A DNA stretch of 64,000 nt from Candidatus Binatia bacterium (GTDB lineage: Bacteria > Vulcanimicrobiota > Vulcanimicrobiia > Vulcanimicrobiales > Vulcanimicrobiaceae), in contig DATKMJ010000018.1 of assembly GCA_035541935.1 (NCBI GenBank), positions 59,043 through 123,042 on the forward strand, given 5' to 3'. The notes beneath the pieces were generated by a model. The model searched no databases. It saw only the letters and a program-made list of their open reading frames with translations, and had not been told where the DNA came from. The position numbers were made by a program, and so were the translations under genes. Shown in pieces: positions 62,412 to 64,000 of the stretch (its first letter is position 1; the number at the start of each line of letters is the position of its first letter).

Positions 62412-64000
62412 GGGCGACGGGCGCGGCGTCGGACGAATGAGGTAGAGGCCGAGGCTCGGCGCGTAGTTCATCTCCGGGACGGTCTTCCCGTCGAACCCGC
62501 GCTGCTGGAGTTCGTCGGCCGTCGTCCCCGCGACGCGCCCGCAGACCATCAGCGCCGGAACGACCGTCGGATCGCCGGGGTCGAGCTCGTACCATACGCC
62601 GCTCTTCGCGGCGTGCGGCGTGATCGTCCAACTCGGCGTCGGGCTGCCGGTTGCGAAGTGATTCTTCAACTCGCCCATCGCCTGCGTCGCGAGATTCTTC
62701 ACCTCGGCGACGCACGTGTCCGAGGTTCGCATGTCGAACGGAGCCTTCGGCGGCGTCGCCGGCAGCTTATAGACGCGGAACGTCTCTTGGCCCGCGCGCG
62801 GTTGGCGCGCGACGAAGTAGAGGCCGACGGCCGGCATGAAGTTGAGCTGCGGTACGAAGAAGAGCGGACTCGACGGTGCAAAGAGCTTTCGTTGCGTCAC
62901 GTCATCGGTGCGCGCGATGTGGAGCGCGAGGCAACCCGCAAGGGCGCGGAGCACGCCGGTGCCCTTCGGCGTGATGGCGAGTGCGTACGTTGTGCCGAGG
63001 CCGTGATACGTCACCGTCGCGTCGGGCAGCGCCGGCGCTTCCATCGTTGCGGGATATCCCCCCGCCGTTCGCGCGGCTTCGATCTTCGCGACGAAAGCCT
63101 TCAGTTCGCCCGCAAGTTGCCGCGCCTTCGGAGCGTTCTCCGCCGTGCACGTCGCCGGATTCGCGCCGACGACGAACGGATCGGCCGGCGGCGTCTGCGG
63201 CAGCGGTGAGAAGAGCGACGCGAAGTTGCGGCCGCCGTTCCCACCTGGACCGCCGCCTGGAGGACCCCCCGGCGGTCCGCCGGGCTCTCCCGGCGGTGCG
63301 CCGCCGGCAAAGGCCCCGCCGCCCGCACCGCGCGGGCGGAACGTCGACGCCGTCTGCGAGAGCGTGCCCTGACCGAATCGCGCCGAGTACGTCAGCGAGT
63401 ACGTTCGCGGCATCAACGGACGCGCGATGTTAGGAATCACGTCGCCGCCCGCCGTCGTAAACGGCACCGCGTTCTCCGGGCTCGCGAAGATGCCGCCGTA
63501 CGCGTTTGTGATGTTCGTCGCCGCAAACGTCAGCGTACCGCGCGACATTTGCGCCGTCACGCCGGCGTCGTAGGTCGTGTACGCCGGCAGATTATTCGGG
63601 TTGTTGCTGCCGACGTGTTGCGCGTCGGCGAGCCACTCGAAGATCGATCCAGGCGACTTGTAGTCGAGCACGATACCGGCCTTCTGCATCGGCACGTTCG
63701 GGAGTTGCTGGCCGGGGATCGTGATCGACCACGGGTTGTCGAAGAGATACGTCGTCGAGTTCGCTACGGCGCCGGTGAAATTGTAGTACGGCTGGATGAC
63801 GAGATTGCCGACCGTCACGTACCCGGTTAGCTCCGCACCCTGATAGAGCCGTTGAATTCCCGAGACCGGCGTGAGGAAGTAGAGTTGTTGCGCCGAGAAC
63901 GGCGTGCCGTACGGCGCGTTACAGCCGGCCGGCGAATTGTAGATCTGTGCGACCTCTTGCAAGTAGTTCGCCGGTAGCTGGCCGAGCTGATTGAGCACGA
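62403..64000 (-). CDS. TonB-dependent receptor (C-terminal barrel part; N-terminus outside the window) with a ~320-aa C-terminal extension
   Basis: The ORF is open to the window edge. Barrel-end features QQLPNVPMQKAGIVLDY, TLTFAATNITNAYGG and the terminal strand PRTYSLTYSARF end at about 63375. A Gly/Pro linker and two repeated Cys-containing modules follow. Confidence 0.7.
   Translation of the reverse strand, partial: VLNQLGQLPANYLQEVAQIYNSPAGCNAPYGTPFSAQQLYFLTPVSGIQRLYQGAELTGYVTVGNLVIQPYYNFTGAVANSTTYLFDNPWSITIPGQQLPNVPMQKAGIVLDYKSPGSIFEWLADAQHVGSNNPNNLPAYTTYDAGVTAQMSRGTLTFAATNITNAYGGIFASPENAVPFTTAGGDVIPNIARPLMPRTYSLTYSARFGQGTLSQTASTFRPRGAGGGAFAGGAPPGEPGGPPGGPPGGGPGGNGGRNFASLFSPLPQTPPADPFVVGANPATCTAENAPKARQLAGELKAFVAKIEAARTAGGYPATMEAPALPDATVTYHGLGTTYALAITPKGTGVLRALAGCLALHIARTDDVTQRKLFAPSSPLFFVPQLNFMPAVGLYFVARQPRAGQETFRVYKLPATPPKAPFDMRTSDTCVAEVKNLATQAMGELKNHFATGSPTPSWTITPHAAKSGVWYELDPGDPTVVPALMVCGRVAGTTADELQQRGFDGKTVPEMNYAPSLGLYLIRPTPRPSPSP

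Noticed and set aside
63220-63340. GC-rich GGN/CCN repeat tract considered as a non-coding tandem repeat or gene boundary
   Set aside because: It stays in frame with both flanking parts and encodes a Gly/Pro linker. No start codon, SD or signal peptide follows it, so I keep it as one ORF and flag it for read-level checking.
1-64000. CRISPR arrays, rRNA genes, IS/transposase genes, prophage or defence-system genes
   Set aside because: Reading both strands showed no repeat-spacer arrays and no transposase, integrase or phage structural signatures. I also saw no nuclease/ATPase pairs typical of defence systems. The only mobility hint is the tRNA-Val 3' duplication.

Overview
GC-rich, densely coded bacterial chromosomal window. 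I saw no rRNA, CRISPR array, IS element or integrase. OM beta-barrel and TonB-dependent-receptor genes suggest a diderm. I call about 80 CDS and 9 tRNAs. Main blocks: (1) orphan phoU; a crotonase / TlpA-like redoxin / thiolase group; a DUF2249-Crp fusion regulator. (2) A co-directional minus-strand gene string, panE-recG-M16 peptidase-HAD-DUF885-rsmD-coaD-coiled-coil protein-secreted protein, with several 4-nt start/stop overlaps. (3) Two tRNA clusters (Cys-Gly; Phe-Asp-Val) and a lone tRNA-Val(GAC) followed by a 15-nt duplicate of its 3' end. (4) Hopanoid side-chain genes hpnJ and hpnI flanking a coupled acyltransferase-MFS pair. (5) An expanded set of beta-propeller/NHL lipoproteins around an aldo/keto reductase and a PHA cluster (phasin-like gene, XRE regulator, phaC, two acetoacetyl-CoA-reductase-like SDRs). 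(6) pstSCAB. (7) thrS, low-complexity and glycine-rich lipoproteins, and the H+-pyrophosphatase hppA. (8) The rpmG-(tRNA-Trp)-secE-nusG-rplKA...rplJL ribosomal region, split by an opposite-strand carbonic anhydrase and a GAF membrane sensor. (9) An envelope module of two paralogous lipoproteins plus a putative OM barrel. (10) S51 peptidase, GAF/MsrC-like protein, MFS transporter, CrtI-like oxidoreductase, zinc-ribbon protein, tag, and a partial TonB-dependent receptor with an unusual C-terminal extension. The most unusual items are a promoter-to-terminator structured RNA/attenuator at about 19.05-19.29 kb, the hpnJ/acyltransferase-MFS/hpnI neighbourhood, the lipoprotein-lipoprotein-barrel operon, and the receptor C-terminal tandem domain. 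All family assignments come from motif recognition by eye. No database search was run.
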